A stretch of DNA of 64,000 nucleotides from Squalus acanthias (lineage: Eukaryota), in contig CM059438.1 in the NCBI GenBank assembly GCA_030390025.1, forward strand, positions 53,384,001 through 53,448,000, read 5' to 3'. Every line of letters begins with the position of its first letter. The first letter of the stretch is position 1. The notes below the pieces were generated by a model that was not told the DNA's origin, searched no databases, and worked only from the letters and a program-made list of their open reading frames with translations. The translations under genes were made by a program, and so were the position numbers. Below are positions 12,320-25,576 of the stretch, in pieces.

Positions 12320-14707
12320 CTAGGGAACAAACAAAGATTGCATTCATCATCACAAAACTAGTTCACTAAAATATACAGCGATGACCATTTTCGCTACACA
12401 TGCTCAGGTTCAGCATCACAAGCCACTCCAGTAAGCAGGCCTTGGTCCCCTATAATCCAGAGTGTACCCTTTAACTGCTCCATACTTAGGTAAACGATAG
12501 CGAGACTCGGGGATCACGACAGAGAACCATTACATTCTAGTAGCTGGTGTACCGATGTATCAAGTCACAGCTTGATTCTCCTCTCTTCGAAAGAGACCTG
12601 AATATATGCTCTAAAGACCGAGACTCAGGCTCTAAACCAACAGATGGGCTACTTATATTAAGAGCTAAAAGACAGTGAATTGATACATAAAATAAGGATG
12701 CCATTCACCTTCTCTCTATATACACAGACTTATGCAGTGAAACTTGCTGCAGTTTCAAACTAGCGGAGCTGGACTGCTGGTTGGTACAATCTTCAACAGT
12801 TTTCATGCTGACTGGGAAGCTAGCTTAAAATGCAGACCATCTGCTGGGGGCAACACATTTTGACGATATACTGAAACACAGGGTTGCCTTTCCCTCATCA
12901 ATATTAAAGGTATAGCCAATCCTTTGACGATGGCATATGATACTCACTATGCAATGTCAAATCTGGGCCAATGAATCCAGGTGACACCTTAAACTCCCTA
13001 CTGTGTTTTCTCTGACACTTGGCATCATGCAAACTACCACAGCCAAAGCTGTCTAAGCTCATAACTTTTCCTTTGATAAATATCCTGTATAATTCTGGGT
13101 TTTTAAACCCCTCAGACACTATTTCTAGACCTAAAGTATACATTAAAAATTCAGCATAGACAAAAAAAATACTATTGTCACATCTTTGAAGTTGTAATGA
13201 TGCCATAGATTGTCAAAACTTCTGATGGTAGAATCACTAATTTTTAAAATCACACTTAGGATTTTTCTTTGGTAAGGGTATTAACCAAGGTGGATAGATG
13301 GAGTTAAGGTACAGATCAGCCATTGAATGGCAGAACAGGCTTGAGGGGCTGAATGGCCTGCGCCTGTTCCTAGAAGTGATGAAGATGACTCTTGGCGTAA
13401 AAGGCTGAGGAGGGAAGAGCCTCCGGTTTAGTAGATCAGCACCCAACTCACTCCTGGGGTCAGAGAACCTGGGGATCCACTACAGCGGGAGACTGGGCCA
13501 CGCAGCTGTGGAACAGAGCAAAAATAATGAACGCTGGAAACACTCAGCAGTTAAGACAGCATCTGTGGAGAAAACAGACAAGTCCGTGCTCTGGGTGTGA
13601 GCACCTTTTGTCCTTTGTGGAACAGAGCATTGTGTGTCACATTTTTCAACTCGCCTCTTGCATCAGTATTATGCACACCTAGATCAGGTACAGCAACAAC
13701 TTGCATTTATATAGCACCTTTTACATAGAAAAATGTCCCCGGGGCTTCACAGAGGTAAATCAGACAAAGGTGACGATATCAGGAGGGATAACCAAAAGCT
13801 TGGTCAAAAAAGGAGGGAGGTGAAGGCAGGTGCAGAATAAAACTCTAGTTACTCTCCACATAGTATAATGAACACACAGAATCAATTACTGCTGAATTCA
13901 GGGCCACTTTGAGCCCGATTAAGGCGACTCAAAGTTAGTTTATGCCAGACTCCTGCAGCCAACAAGAGACTTCACCCCTCAATCTGGTCTAGATTTGAAT
14001 CCAGGTTACATAGAACGTACAGCACAAAAACAGGCCATGGGGCCCAACAGGTCCATGCCAGCGTTTATGCTCCGCACGAGCCTCCTCCTACCCCATCAAC
14101 ATATCCTTCTATTCCTTTCTCCCTCAAGTGTTTATCTAGTTTCCCCTTAAATGCATCTATGACTTTAGGTTACAGAGCTGCAAGGCCACTGCACCATCCA
14201 TCTTCCCCACTCACCGCTTAAACGTCGCAATCATAAGGTCAGTGGAACCTTCCTTTACCATAAAGCTGCCCTGGGTGAAATGAAGAGAATCTGAACTGGG
14301 ATTGAACTACAAGCCCTTCCCCCTCAAAGTTGTGGACTTTTCCAGGTGCACTGAAAGCCCTCTGGTACGTCACCCCAGTAGCCTTTTTTCCCAAGCTGAG
14401 CCATGGCAGCAAGTGTCGGCAGGCTATGTAACTGCTTGGGAATGATGGCTGAAGCCAATGCCCTCAGTGCCAGACACTCTTCCTTGATAGAGATCAGACA
14501 GAAGAATTCTGGCTGATTTTTCCCTTCCTAGTCTAGAGGCACAGATGTCAACTGTAGTGTCCCTAGGGCAAACCCAGCCAATTTAAATCAGTACATTAAA
14601 CTTGGGACCTTCTACTCTACAGCTCTGCTACCGCAGGTGGTGCCTTTGACAGAAAAGGCCAGTTAAATTCATCACACTGCAGCACCAAGTCCCTTCATAA
14701 TGGGTAC

Positions 14708-14904
14708 CTTTTCAAGTCGTCAAATACGTCAGGCAGTAGGAAGTTGAGCAGTGACCAGAGTTCAGCCAGGTTATTCTGGAGAGGGGTTCCAGTCAACAGC
14801 AGCTTGTTGTCAGTATTGAACCTTTTCAGCTCTTGAATCAGACGACAATTTAAGTTCTTGATTCTGTGGCCTTCATCCACTATGAGGTATTTCCAATGGC
14901 AATT
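14708..14904 (-). CDS. HELLS: HELLS coding exon 11 (Walker B DEGH and motif [11 protein letters not shown])
   Basis: [14 protein letters not shown]...[31 protein letters not shown]; 197 bp. Confidence 0.97.
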
Positions 14905-15464
14905 CTGTTTATTTTGGGGAAAATAAAATGAAATTGTCATACAAGATTTGCAATTACAACTGTTGATTGGCAGAGCGGGACTTAAAACTGAGGCAGGCCC
15001 CCTTCCTCCCTCGCTAGAGGGCGCGGACTCTTGCTGGAGTACAGTGCCACAGGACCCAGTGGCCGCTCATGTGCGAGCTTAGACCGTGTGTTGGCTATAC
15101 TCGGGATATCACAATCTAGCAGAATTCCTAGCCTGTGCCGATTTCAGCTGGGGCGGCAACAACAATGGAATACGTCCCCTTCCCAGGGATCTGTTTATGA
15201 AAAAAGTGAGGAAGAATTCTGAAAAACACACCAAAATTAAAAACTACTGAATGCCCTAAAGTACGTTGACTTGAAAGTAAGGGATTAATTTCTCTGTGGC
15301 ATTGATTCGGAGACAGGGGAACAGTAATGAGCAGGGCTTCTCCGTCCTGAGCACAATCCTATGATGGGTGCTGGTGAATAAAGTGTCTGGTTTGCTGACA
15401 ATCACTGTTTAGGCTCAATCACAAAGAATGGTCACTATGGCATTGTACCAAGAGGATTCCAGCA

Positions 15465-16648
15465 TCATTTGGACTTTCAGAAGGCTTTTGATAAGGTCCC
15501 GCATAAGAGATTAGCGTGTAAAGTTAAGGCACATGGGATTGGGGGCAAGGTACTGACTTGGATAGAGAACTGGTTGGCAGACAGGAAGCAAAGAGTTGGA
15601 ATAAACGGGTCTTTTTCCGAGTGGCAGGCAGTCACTAGTGGGGTACCGCAGGGATCGGTCCTAGGACCCCAGCTATTCACAATATATATTAATGATCTAG
15701 ACAGGGAACTAGATGTAATATCTCCAAGTTTGCAGACGACACAAAGCTGGGTGGGCGTGTGTGCTGTGAGGAGGATGCCGAGAAACTCCAGTATGATTTG
15801 GACAGGTTGGGTGATTGTACTGCATTTGCCATGCATCTGCCCAATGTGGATAAATGTGAGGTTATCCACTTTGGTGGCAAAAACAAGAAGGCAGATTATC
15901 TGAACGGCAATAGATTGGGAGAAGGGGAAGTGCAACGAGACCTGGGTGTCCTTGTGCAGCAGTCGCTGAAGGTAAGCATGCAGGTGCAGCAGGCGGTTAA
16001 GGCGGCAAATGGTATGTTGGCCTTCGTAGCGAGAGGGTTCGAGTACAGGAACAAGGATGTCTTGCTGCAGTTGTACAGGGCCTTGGCGAGACCACACCTT
16101 GAGTATTGTGTGCAGTTTTGGTCGCCTTATCTGAGGAAGAATGTTCTTGCCATGGAGGGAGTGCAGCAAAGATTCACCAGACTGATACCTGGGATGGCAA
16201 GAATGACGTATGAGGAGAGATTGGGTCGATTGGGCTTATACTCGCTGGAGTTTAGAAGAATGAGAGGGGATCTCATTGAAACTTATAAAATTCTAACAGG
16301 ACTAGATGCAGGAAGGATGTTCCCGATGGCCGGGGAGTCCAGAACCAGGGATCACAGTCTAAGGATAAGGGGCAAGCCATTTAGGACAGAGATGAGGAGG
16401 AATTTCTTCACCCAAAGAGTGGTGAACCTGTGGAATTCTCTACCACAGAAGGCAGTTGAGGCCAACTCATTAAATATATTCAAGAAGGAGTTAGATATAT
16501 TTCTTAAGGTTAAAGGGATCAAGGGATATGGGGAGAAGGCAGGGACAGGGTACTGAATTTGGATGATCAGCCATGATCTCATTGAATGGCGGAGCAGGCT
16601 CAAGGGGCCGAATGGCCTACTCCTGCTCCTATCTTCTATGATTCTATG
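15465..16648 (+). mobile_element. CR1 LINE, 5'-truncated, RT and 3' UTR (young, frameshifted)
   Basis: [37 protein letters not shown]; ends in attctatg tail repeats. Confidence 0.95.
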
Positions 16649-17256
16649 AATAACAATACATCCCAGCAAGAGCAAGCATCGGCAGGTCAGGACAGGAGAA
16701 AATAGGAAAAGATGTGAGGAAATCACTGCAAATCTCAGCAAGAGAAACAAAACGTTACCATAACTAACAATACCCTACTGAAAGCAGCGAGTATAACTAA
16801 CCAACTAACGATTCTCCACTGAAAGCAGAGTATAGAAGTAACCACTCCGGCCTTGCTGAAACCAGCAAGAACTAACCAATCAAATCTCACTGAACTCAGT
16901 TCAAACAGCTGAGATTTCAGTCTTGCACTTTGCTGCCTGTTCTTCAATAAATGCCATAGCAACATCTACCTGAACAGCAGGAGGGGCCTCAGTTTAATGT
17001 TTCGTCAGAACACATTTGACAATGCAGAATATCCTCAGGTTTGCACTGGATTTTGATTCACAGCTTCCATTAAACAATGGACACAGCTGCAGAATATGGC
17101 CCCCAAAGCACTGGTAAAAATTTGGAAAATCCCACATCACAAGAACGGAATTTGACTTATATCCTCTCCGTAAACCTGCTAAGGGCTTGAACCCATGACC
17201 AGAATGCTACCTGCTTCAAACGAAATTTAAACAAAAACGACGCTCTGCTCACGCAC

Positions 17257-17400
17257 CTGGAAGTGTTTCCTGTCAATCATGGCTATTTCATAAGAAGTGA
17301 TGACAACTGGCAAGATGTGCAGAGACCCGTGCCGTTTGTGTATTTTTCGCAGGGTTTGAAGCCGATCTTTCTGGCTCCCGTGATAAAGCAGCACAGGAAT
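17257..17400 (-). CDS. HELLS: HELLS coding exon 10 ([13 protein letters not shown]...[17 protein letters not shown])
   Basis: SNF2 'YHG' and 'VVITSYE' motifs; GT-AG; 144 bp. Confidence 0.95.
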
Positions 17401-17498
17401 CTGAGACATAAGAGTAAACACATTAAAACGCACTCTGCGAAAATCACTTGCCAACACAAAGGGATAATTGAGTCGGGATCAGCCCCCGCCAGTCTCAC

Positions 17499-17681
17499 CT
17501 CTGGAGTGAATCTCTTGAATTCCGATACCCAATTTGGTAGAGTAGACAGAGGACCACAGACAAAGAAAGGTCCCGGGACCCCTCGCTCCACCATCATGGA
17601 TATCATGGCGATGCACTGGACAGTCTTCCCCAGGCCCATCTCGTCTGCCAGAATTCCATTAATACCGTTTTCCCACAGCAT
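17499..17681 (-). CDS. HELLS: HELLS coding exon 9 (Walker [14 protein letters not shown])
   Basis: [25 protein letters not shown]...[22 protein letters not shown]; 183 bp. Confidence 0.97.
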
Positions 17682-17875
17682 CTGACAAACAGAAATACAT
17701 TTGCATTAGGACCCCTCCAAGATGCCCACACTAACCCACCTTGAATTTACCGCATCTTCAGCTTCAAGATCCATGGCGAGCCTCTTCCACCTGTGTGCAC
17801 TAGGTGGATAGTAACAGTATACATCAAAGTCGCAGGTTCAACGGCCAGTCTGCTGAGTTAGTCAACATCATCCAG

Positions 17876-20800
17876 AGTGGTGGTGAGACACTAGAACTGA
17901 TCTCCACACATGGTGGAGAGACACTAGAACTGATCTCCACACATGGTGGCGAGACACTAGAACTGATCTCCACACATGGTGGAGAGACACTAGAACTGAT
18001 CTCCACACATGGTGGTGAGACACTAGAACTGATCTCCACACATGGTGGTGGGACACTAGAACTGATCTCCACACATGGTGGGACACTAGAACTGATCTCC
18101 ACACATGGTGAGACACTAGAACTGATCTCCACACATGGTGGGTCACTAGAACTGATCTCCACACATGGTGGAGAGACACTAGAACTGATCTCCACACATG
18201 GTGGAGAGACACTAGAACTGATCTCCACACATGGTGGAGAGACACTAGAACTGATCTCCACACATGGTGGAGAGACACTAGAACTGATCTCCACACATGG
18301 TGGAGAGACACTAGAACTGATCTCCACACATGGTGGAGAGACACTAGAACTGATCTCCACACATGGTGGAGAGACACTAGAACTGATCTCCACACATGGT
18401 GGAGAGACACTAGAACTGATCTCCACACATCACACATGGTGGGACACTAGAACTGATCTCCACACATCACACATGGTGGAGAGACACTAGAACTGATCTC
18501 CACACATGGTGGGACACTAGAACTGATCTCCACACATGGTGAGACACTAGAACTGATCTCCACACATGGTGGAGAGACACTAGAACTGATCTCCACACAT
18601 GGTGGAGAGACACTAGAACTGATCTCCACACATGGTGGGTCACTAGAACTGATCTCCACACATGGTGAGACACTAGAACTGATCTCCACACATGGTGGTG
18701 AGACACTAGAACTGATCTCCACACATGGTGGTGGGACACTAGAACTGATCTCCACACATGGTGAGACACTAGAACTGATCTCCACACATGGTGAGACACT
18801 AGAACTGATCTCCACACATGGTGGGTCACTAGAACTGATCTCCACACATGGTGGTGAGACACTAGAACTGATCTCCACACATGGTGGTGAGACACTAGAA
18901 CTGATCTCCACACATGGTGGTGAGACACTAGAACTGATCTCCACACATGGTGGTGAGACACTAGAACTGATCTCCACACATGGTGAGACACTAGAACTGA
19001 TCTCCACACATGGGGAGACACTAGAACTGATCTCCACACATGGTGGTGGGACACTAGAACTGATCTCCACACATGGTGAGACACTAGAACTGATCTCCAC
19101 ACATGGTGAGACACTAGAACTGATCTCCACACATGGGGAGACACTAGAACTGATCTCCACACATGGTGGTGAGACACTAGAACTGATCTCCACACATGGT
19201 GAGACACTAGAACTGATCTCCACACATGGTGAGACACTAGAACTGATCTCCACACATCACACATGGTGAGACACTAGAACTGATCTCCACACATGGTGGA
19301 GAGACACTAGAACTGATCTCCACACATGGTGGAGAGACACTAGAACTGATCTCCACACATGGTGGGTCACTAGAACTGATCTCCACACATGGTGGTGGGA
19401 CACTAGAACTGATCTCCACACATGGTGAGACACTAGAACTGATCTCCACACATGGTGAGACACTAGAACTGATCTCCACACATGGTGGTGAGACACTTGA
19501 ACTGATCTCCACACATGGTGGAGAGACACTAGAACTGATCTCCACACATGGTGGAGAGACACTAGAACTGATCTCCACACATGGTGGAGAGACACTAGAA
19601 CTGATCTCCACACATGGTGAGACACTAGAACTGATCTCCACACATGGTGGTGAGACACTAGAACTGATCTCCACACATGGTGGAGAGACACTAGAACTGA
19701 TCTCCACACATGGTGGAGAGACACTAGAACTGATCTCCACACATGGTGAGACACTAGAACTGATCTCCACACATGGTGGAGAGACACTAGAACTGATCTC
19801 CACACATGGTGGTGAGACACTAGAACTGATCTCCACACATGGTGGAGAGACACTAGAACTGATCTTCACACATGGTGGGACACTAGAACTGATCTCCACA
19901 CATCACACATGGTGGAGAGACACTAGAACTGATCTCCACACATGGTGAGACACTAGAACTGATCTCCACACATGGTGGAGAGACACTAGAACTGATCTCC
20001 ACACATGGAGAGACACTAGAACTGATCTCCACACATGGTGGGACACTAGAACTGATCTCCACACATGGTGAGACACTAGAACTGATCTCCACACATGGTG
20101 GAGAGACACTAGAACTGATCTCCACACATGGTGGAGAGACACTAGAACTGATCTCCACACATCACACATGGTGGAGAGACACTAGAACTGATCTCCACAC
20201 ATGGTGAGACACTAGAACTGATCTCCACACATGGTGGTGAGACACTAGAACTGATCTCCACACATGGTGGTGAGACACTAGAACTGATCTCCACACATGG
20301 TGGTGAGACACCAGAACTGATCTCCACACATGGTGGTGGGACACTAGAACTGATCTCCACACATGGTGGTGAGACACTAGAACTGATCTCCACACATGGT
20401 GGTGAGACACTAGAACTGATCTCCACACATGGTGAGACACTAGAACTGATCTCCACACATCACACATGGTGAGACACTAGAACTGATCTCCACACATGGT
20501 GGAGAGACACTAGAACTGATCTCCACACATGGTGGAGAGACACTAGAACTGATCTCCACACATGGTGGAGAGACACTACAACTGATCTCCACACATGGTG
20601 AGACACTTGAACTGATCTCCACACATGGTGGAGAGACACTAGAACTGATCTCCACACATGGTGGAGAGACACTAGAACTGATCTCCACACATGGTGGAGA
20701 GACACTAGAACTGATCTCCACACATGGTGGAGAGACACTAGAACTGATCTCCACACATGGTGGAGAGACACTAGAACTGATCTCCACACATGGTGGAGAG

Positions 20801-21235
20801 ACACTAGAACTGATCTCCACACATGGTGGAGAGACACTAGAACTGATCTCCACACATGGTGGAGAGACACTAGAACTGATCTCCACACATGGTGAGACAC
20901 TAGAACTGATCTCCACACATGGTGGTGAGACACTAGAACTGATCTCCACACATGGTGGAGAGACACTAGAACTGATCTCCACACATGGTGGGTCACTAGA
21001 ACTGATCTCCACACATGGTGGGGCACTAGAACTGATCTCCACACATGGTGGAGAGACACTAGAACTGATCTCCACACATGGTGGAGAGACACTAGAACTG
21101 ATCTCCACACATGGTGGTGAGACACTAGAACTGATCTCCACACATGGTGGTGAGACACTACAACTGATCTCCACACATGGTGGTGGGACACTAGAACTGA
21201 TCTCCACACATGGTGGTGGGACACTAGAACTGATC
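17876..21235. repeat. Minisatellite, core gacactagaactgatctccacacatggt, with 27/30-bp units and occasional +7-bp variants, ~3.4 kb
   Basis: Read directly. Confidence 0.97.
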
Positions 21236-21864
21236 AGGGAAGAAAGAGAAAGTAAGATCAGCCAGATTCCCACTTCTGATCACAACACAGTGCCCCCTGC
21301 TGAAAGTGTGCATAGCTAACTAACCTGCCAACACTCACTGCTTAGACCGGTAAAAACGGCCACTTGTGTGAGGTTGCAGATGCCTCTAAGCACCTATGGA
21401 ATGTCGGCACCACGTCGAATCATCAGCAGAGGACAGGAGAGAATGGGGAGGTAGAAACAACTGTAGCAAATGTTATATTTGCACACGATATTCTCTTGGG
21501 TTCAACAGCACCAATCACTCTCAGAAGCGGATTCTGTGTCCCCTACGATCTAGAGTATATCTACTGCCTAATATCCAGTTTAACTATAAAGCCCCCAGGT
21601 CAATAACTGTGACTCCACATTGAATACTGTGATCGTACACATGCTGCCACATGCATTCACTTATCTTTGAGAAGGCAGACTGAAGAGTAGTCTAGTGATA
21701 CAGAGCCAACAGTGAATCCTTATGTAATGTACAAACAGAGTTTTCAAAGCAAGATTCGATCAATATCCTACTGTTCGTCAAATTTGGAAAATAACAAAAT
21801 CCCTTTGATTTCACAAGTCAATGATTTTTATAAAACAAGACTTCTCTGCCTCTTTTACTATCCG

Positions 21865-24012
21865 AGACAGACAGACAGAGAGAGCGCGCGAGAGAGAGCG
21901 CGCGAGCGAGAGCGGGGACGAGAGACAGCCAGCGCGAGCGAGAGCGGGGACACGAGACAGCCAGCGCGAGCGAGAGCGGGGACACGAGACAGCCAGCGCG
22001 AGCGAGAGCGGGGACACGAGACAGCCAGCGCGAGCGAGAGCGGGGACACGAGACAGCCAGCGCGAGCGAGAGCGGGGACACGAGACAGCCAGCGCGAGCG
22101 AGAGCGGGGACACGAGACAGCCAGCGCGAGCGAGAGCGGGGACACGAGACAGCCAGCGCGAGCGAGAGCGGGGACACGAGACAGCCAGCGCGAGCGAGAG
22201 CGGGGACACGAGACAGCCAGCGCGAGCGAGAGCGGGGACACGAGACAGCCAGCGCGAGCGAGAGCGGGGACACGAGACAGCCAGCGCGAGCGAGAGCGGG
22301 GACACGAGACAGCCAGCGCGAGCGAGAGCGGGGACACGAGACAGCCAGCGCGAGCGAGAGCGGGGACACGAGACAGCCAGCGCGAGCGAGAGCGGGGACA
22401 CGAGACAGCCAGCGCGAGCGAGAGCGGGGACACGAGACAGCCAGCGCGAGCGAGAGCGGGGACACGAGACAGCCAGCGCGAGCGAGAGCGGGGACACGAG
22501 ACAGCCAGCGCGAGCGAGAGCGGGGACACGAGACAGCCAGCGCGAGCGAGAGCGGGGACACGAGACAGCCAGCGCGAGCGAGAGCGGGGACACGAGACAG
22601 CCAGCGCGAGCGAGAGCGGGGACACGAGACAGCCAGCGCGAGCGAGAGCGGGGACACGAGACAGCCAGCGCGAGCGAGAGCGGGGACACGAGACAGCCAG
22701 CGCGAGCGAGAGCGGGGACACGAGACAGCCAGCGCGAGCGAGAGCGGGGACACGAGACAGCCAGCGCGAGCGAGAGCGGGGACACGAGACAGCCAGCGCG
22801 AGCGAGAGCGGAGACACGAGACAGCCAGCGCGAGCGAGAGCGGAGACACGAGACAGCCAGCGCGAGCGAGAGCGGAGACACGAGACAGCCAGCGCGAGCG
22901 AGAGCGGAGACACGAGACAGCCAGCGCGAGCGAGAGCGGAGACACGAGACAGCCAGCGCGAGCGAGAGCGGAGACACGAGACAGCCAGCGCGAGCGAGAG
23001 CGGAGACACGAGACAGCCAGCGCGAGCGAGAGCGGAGACACGAGACAGCCAGCGCGAGCGAGAGCGGAGACACGAGACAGCCAGCGCGAGCGAGAGCGGA
23101 GACACGAGACAGCCAGCGCGAGCGAGAGCGGAGACACGAGACAGCCAGCGCGAGCGAGAGCGGAGACACGAGACAGCCAGCGCGAGCGAGAGCGGAGACA
23201 CGAGACAGCCAGCGCGAGCGAGAGCGGAGACACGAGACAGCCAGCGCGAGCGAGAGCGGAGACACGAGACAGCCAGCGCGAGCGAGAGCGGAGACACGAG
23301 ACAGCCAGCGCGAGCGAGAGCGGAGACACGAGACAGCCAGCGCGAGCGAGAGCGGAGACACGAGACAGCCAGCGCGAGCGAGAGCGGAGACACGAGACAG
23401 CCAGCGCGAGCGAGAGCGGAGACACGAGACAGCCAGCGCGAGCGAGAGCGGAGACACGAGACAGCCAGCGCGAGCGAGAGCGGAGACACGAGACAGCCAG
23501 CGCGAGCGAGAGCGGAGACACGAGACAGCCAGCGCGAGCGAGAGCGGAGACACGAGACAGCCAGCGCGAGCGAGAGCGGAGACACGAGACAGCCAGCGCG
23601 AGCGAGAGCGGAGACACGAGACAGCCAGCGCGAGAGAGAGCGGAGACACGAGACAGCCAGCGCGAGAGAGAGCGGAGACACGAGACAGCCAGCGCGAGAG
23701 AGAGCGGAGACACGAGACAGCCAGCGCGAGAGAGAGCGGAGACACGAGACAGCCAGCGCGAGAGAGAGCGGAGACACGAGACAGCCAGCGCGAGAGAGAG
23801 CGGAGACACGAGACAGCCAGCGCGAGAGAGAGCGGAGACACGAGACAGCCAGCGCGAGAGAGAGCGGAGACACGAGACAGCCAGCGCGAGAGAGAGCGGA
23901 GACACGAGACAGCCAGCGCGAGAGAGAGCGGAGACACGAGACAGCCAGCGCGAGAGAGAGCGGAGACACGAGACAGCCAGCGAGAGAGGAGACGAGACAG
24001 CCAGCGCGAGAG
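21865..24012. repeat. 32-bp CpG-rich minisatellite (gagacagccagcgcgagcgagagcggrgacac), ~65 copies
   Basis: Read directly; three sequential variant blocks. Confidence 0.97.
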
Positions 24013-24181
24013 ACCACCAATCCAGGGTATGCTGTTGCAAAACCGTCCCACGGTGGAATTGAACAAAGGACACTGCTGACTGATCTGGACATGGCTTTCA
24101 ACACTCCTCCTGTCTTCCCAACAAGCACCGGTTAACTGCGGGTCAGACTCCAACTTGAATTAGACAGCGCTGTAAACTCAC

Positions 24182-24412
24182 CCGCAGCCACTCCATACCC
24201 TCCACCTGGTACCACCTCATCACTCCCCCAGTAAAGAGTTTGGGCTGTTGATATGGAACTGGCTGGCCGTTCACCTGCCTCACCGGGTCCAGGAGATGCT
24301 GAGAGTTGTGGCGTACAGTCTGGGCCAGCCGGTCCTTGATGGCAGAATTTGAATCCTGGTTCTTCTCAATATCTTCAGCCTCAAGCTTTTTGCAAGATGT
24401 TGTGTCAAGATT
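24182..24412 (-). CDS. HELLS: HELLS coding exon 8 (...[23 protein letters not shown])
   Basis: Q-motif '[21 protein letters not shown]' typical of HELLS; 231 bp; GT-AG. Confidence 0.93.
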
Positions 24413-24534
24413 CTTTATTGAAGATTTTAAAAACAAAGTATTTACAGAAATCAGACCTACATACAGATACTAGTTAAAACACTGCATGTGGAGACGGGTA
24501 GACCGATCAGATGAATGTCTCCTCCCTCTCTCAG

Positions 24535-24685
24535 CTAGCTATGACAGCCCTATGTGAAATTAGTTTATTTAGTCTCAAAATTGAGCGAGCATGGACCCAG
24601 AGCACGAAACCACCTCGTTTGGCACTAATTTGGCAATCCAGCTCAGAAGCCACAGTATGGCTTGTGTTAGAAATGGAAAACCATC
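24535..24685 (+). mobile_element. LF-SINE-like relic
   Basis: 'cctatgtgaaattagt..gtctca..aaaccacc..ttggcactaatttggca' resembles the LF-SINE core as I recall it; not verified by alignment. Confidence 0.45.
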
Positions 24686-25537
24686 ACAGCTGCAGTACTG
24701 CATTCTCTTCTGATCAGGCGGAGGTACACCATTGGGCCGCTGAAGAAGATTTACTCTGCCTCCAGCTGTGCTATGCCTCACCCAGGAATGCTCAATGTTA
24801 ATGCGATGGAAAATGCTCAATTCTCGAGCACCAACATGCCTCACTTTGTGCCAAGAATTCACAGATAAAAGATAAAAAGTGTAAAATAAGTTTCAGTTGG
24901 TGGTGGGTCGGGGGGGAAAGAAAGAAGGTCATGGAGAAGAGGCAGACAAGCCAGGTCTTCCCTACGCCTACTTTAAACTGTAGAATTGGAAAGTCACTGT
25001 CAGTACTCCTGACAGCCATTCTGCTCTTTAAGCCCATTTTTCTCCCCTCCCCTCGAAGTCATTGCCTTGTGCTGAGGAATGCTTTTTGAGGGGCTTTGGT
25101 AGCCCTCTAGTACCTTGCCCAGGTGGCCAATCTTCATGTGCAAGCCCTGTAAATATCAGTGGGCTATTCAACTGTGCCGCAGGAGGGGCATCGCATCCTA
25201 CTTCAATCCTATCTTCTCCACTGTTCAAATATGCAAACTTTCCAGTAGAAACCCTAAATAGTGATCAGGAAGCAGGAAGCCCTGATTTGTTGATGTGCAG
25301 AATTAAGGAAATACAAGGCCAACCTCTAAAAACTCAACACTTGCACAGTGGGTTTACTAGAATGGATGAGAAACATGCGCTCCAAACACTGTACAAAGCA
25401 CGATGAGGACTCCTAGTGGAAACGCACGGAACCAACTCCTGTCCTAGCCAGCCCAGATTTAGAATTGTTTGTGCCTCTACTTCCTGGTTTGCAACTCTAC
25501 ACTGTATTAAAAATAAAATATTTGTTTAATGACTTAC

Positions 25538-25576
25538 CTCATCTGTTTTAGCCTTTTTGACCCTTGACAAAATGTC
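25538..25576 (-). CDS. HELLS: HELLS coding exon 7 (DILSRVKKAKTDE)
   Basis: Polypyrimidine-tag acceptor, GAG|GTAAGT donor, 39 bp phase 0-0, resembles HELLS 'EILSVAKK'. Confidence 0.85.

Noticed and set aside
15469..16556. RT-like ORFs as a host gene
   Set aside because: Frameshifted, 5'-truncated CR1 retrotransposon
17804..21273. Repetitive ORFs and CRISPR-like look of constant core plus variable linker
   Set aside because: Linkers are 0-10 nt variants of one motif, not unique spacers; no cas genes; vertebrate intron
21712..24153. 750-807 aa ORFs in five frames
   Set aside because: Artefact of a T-free 32-bp tandem repeat that cannot contain stop codons; intronic
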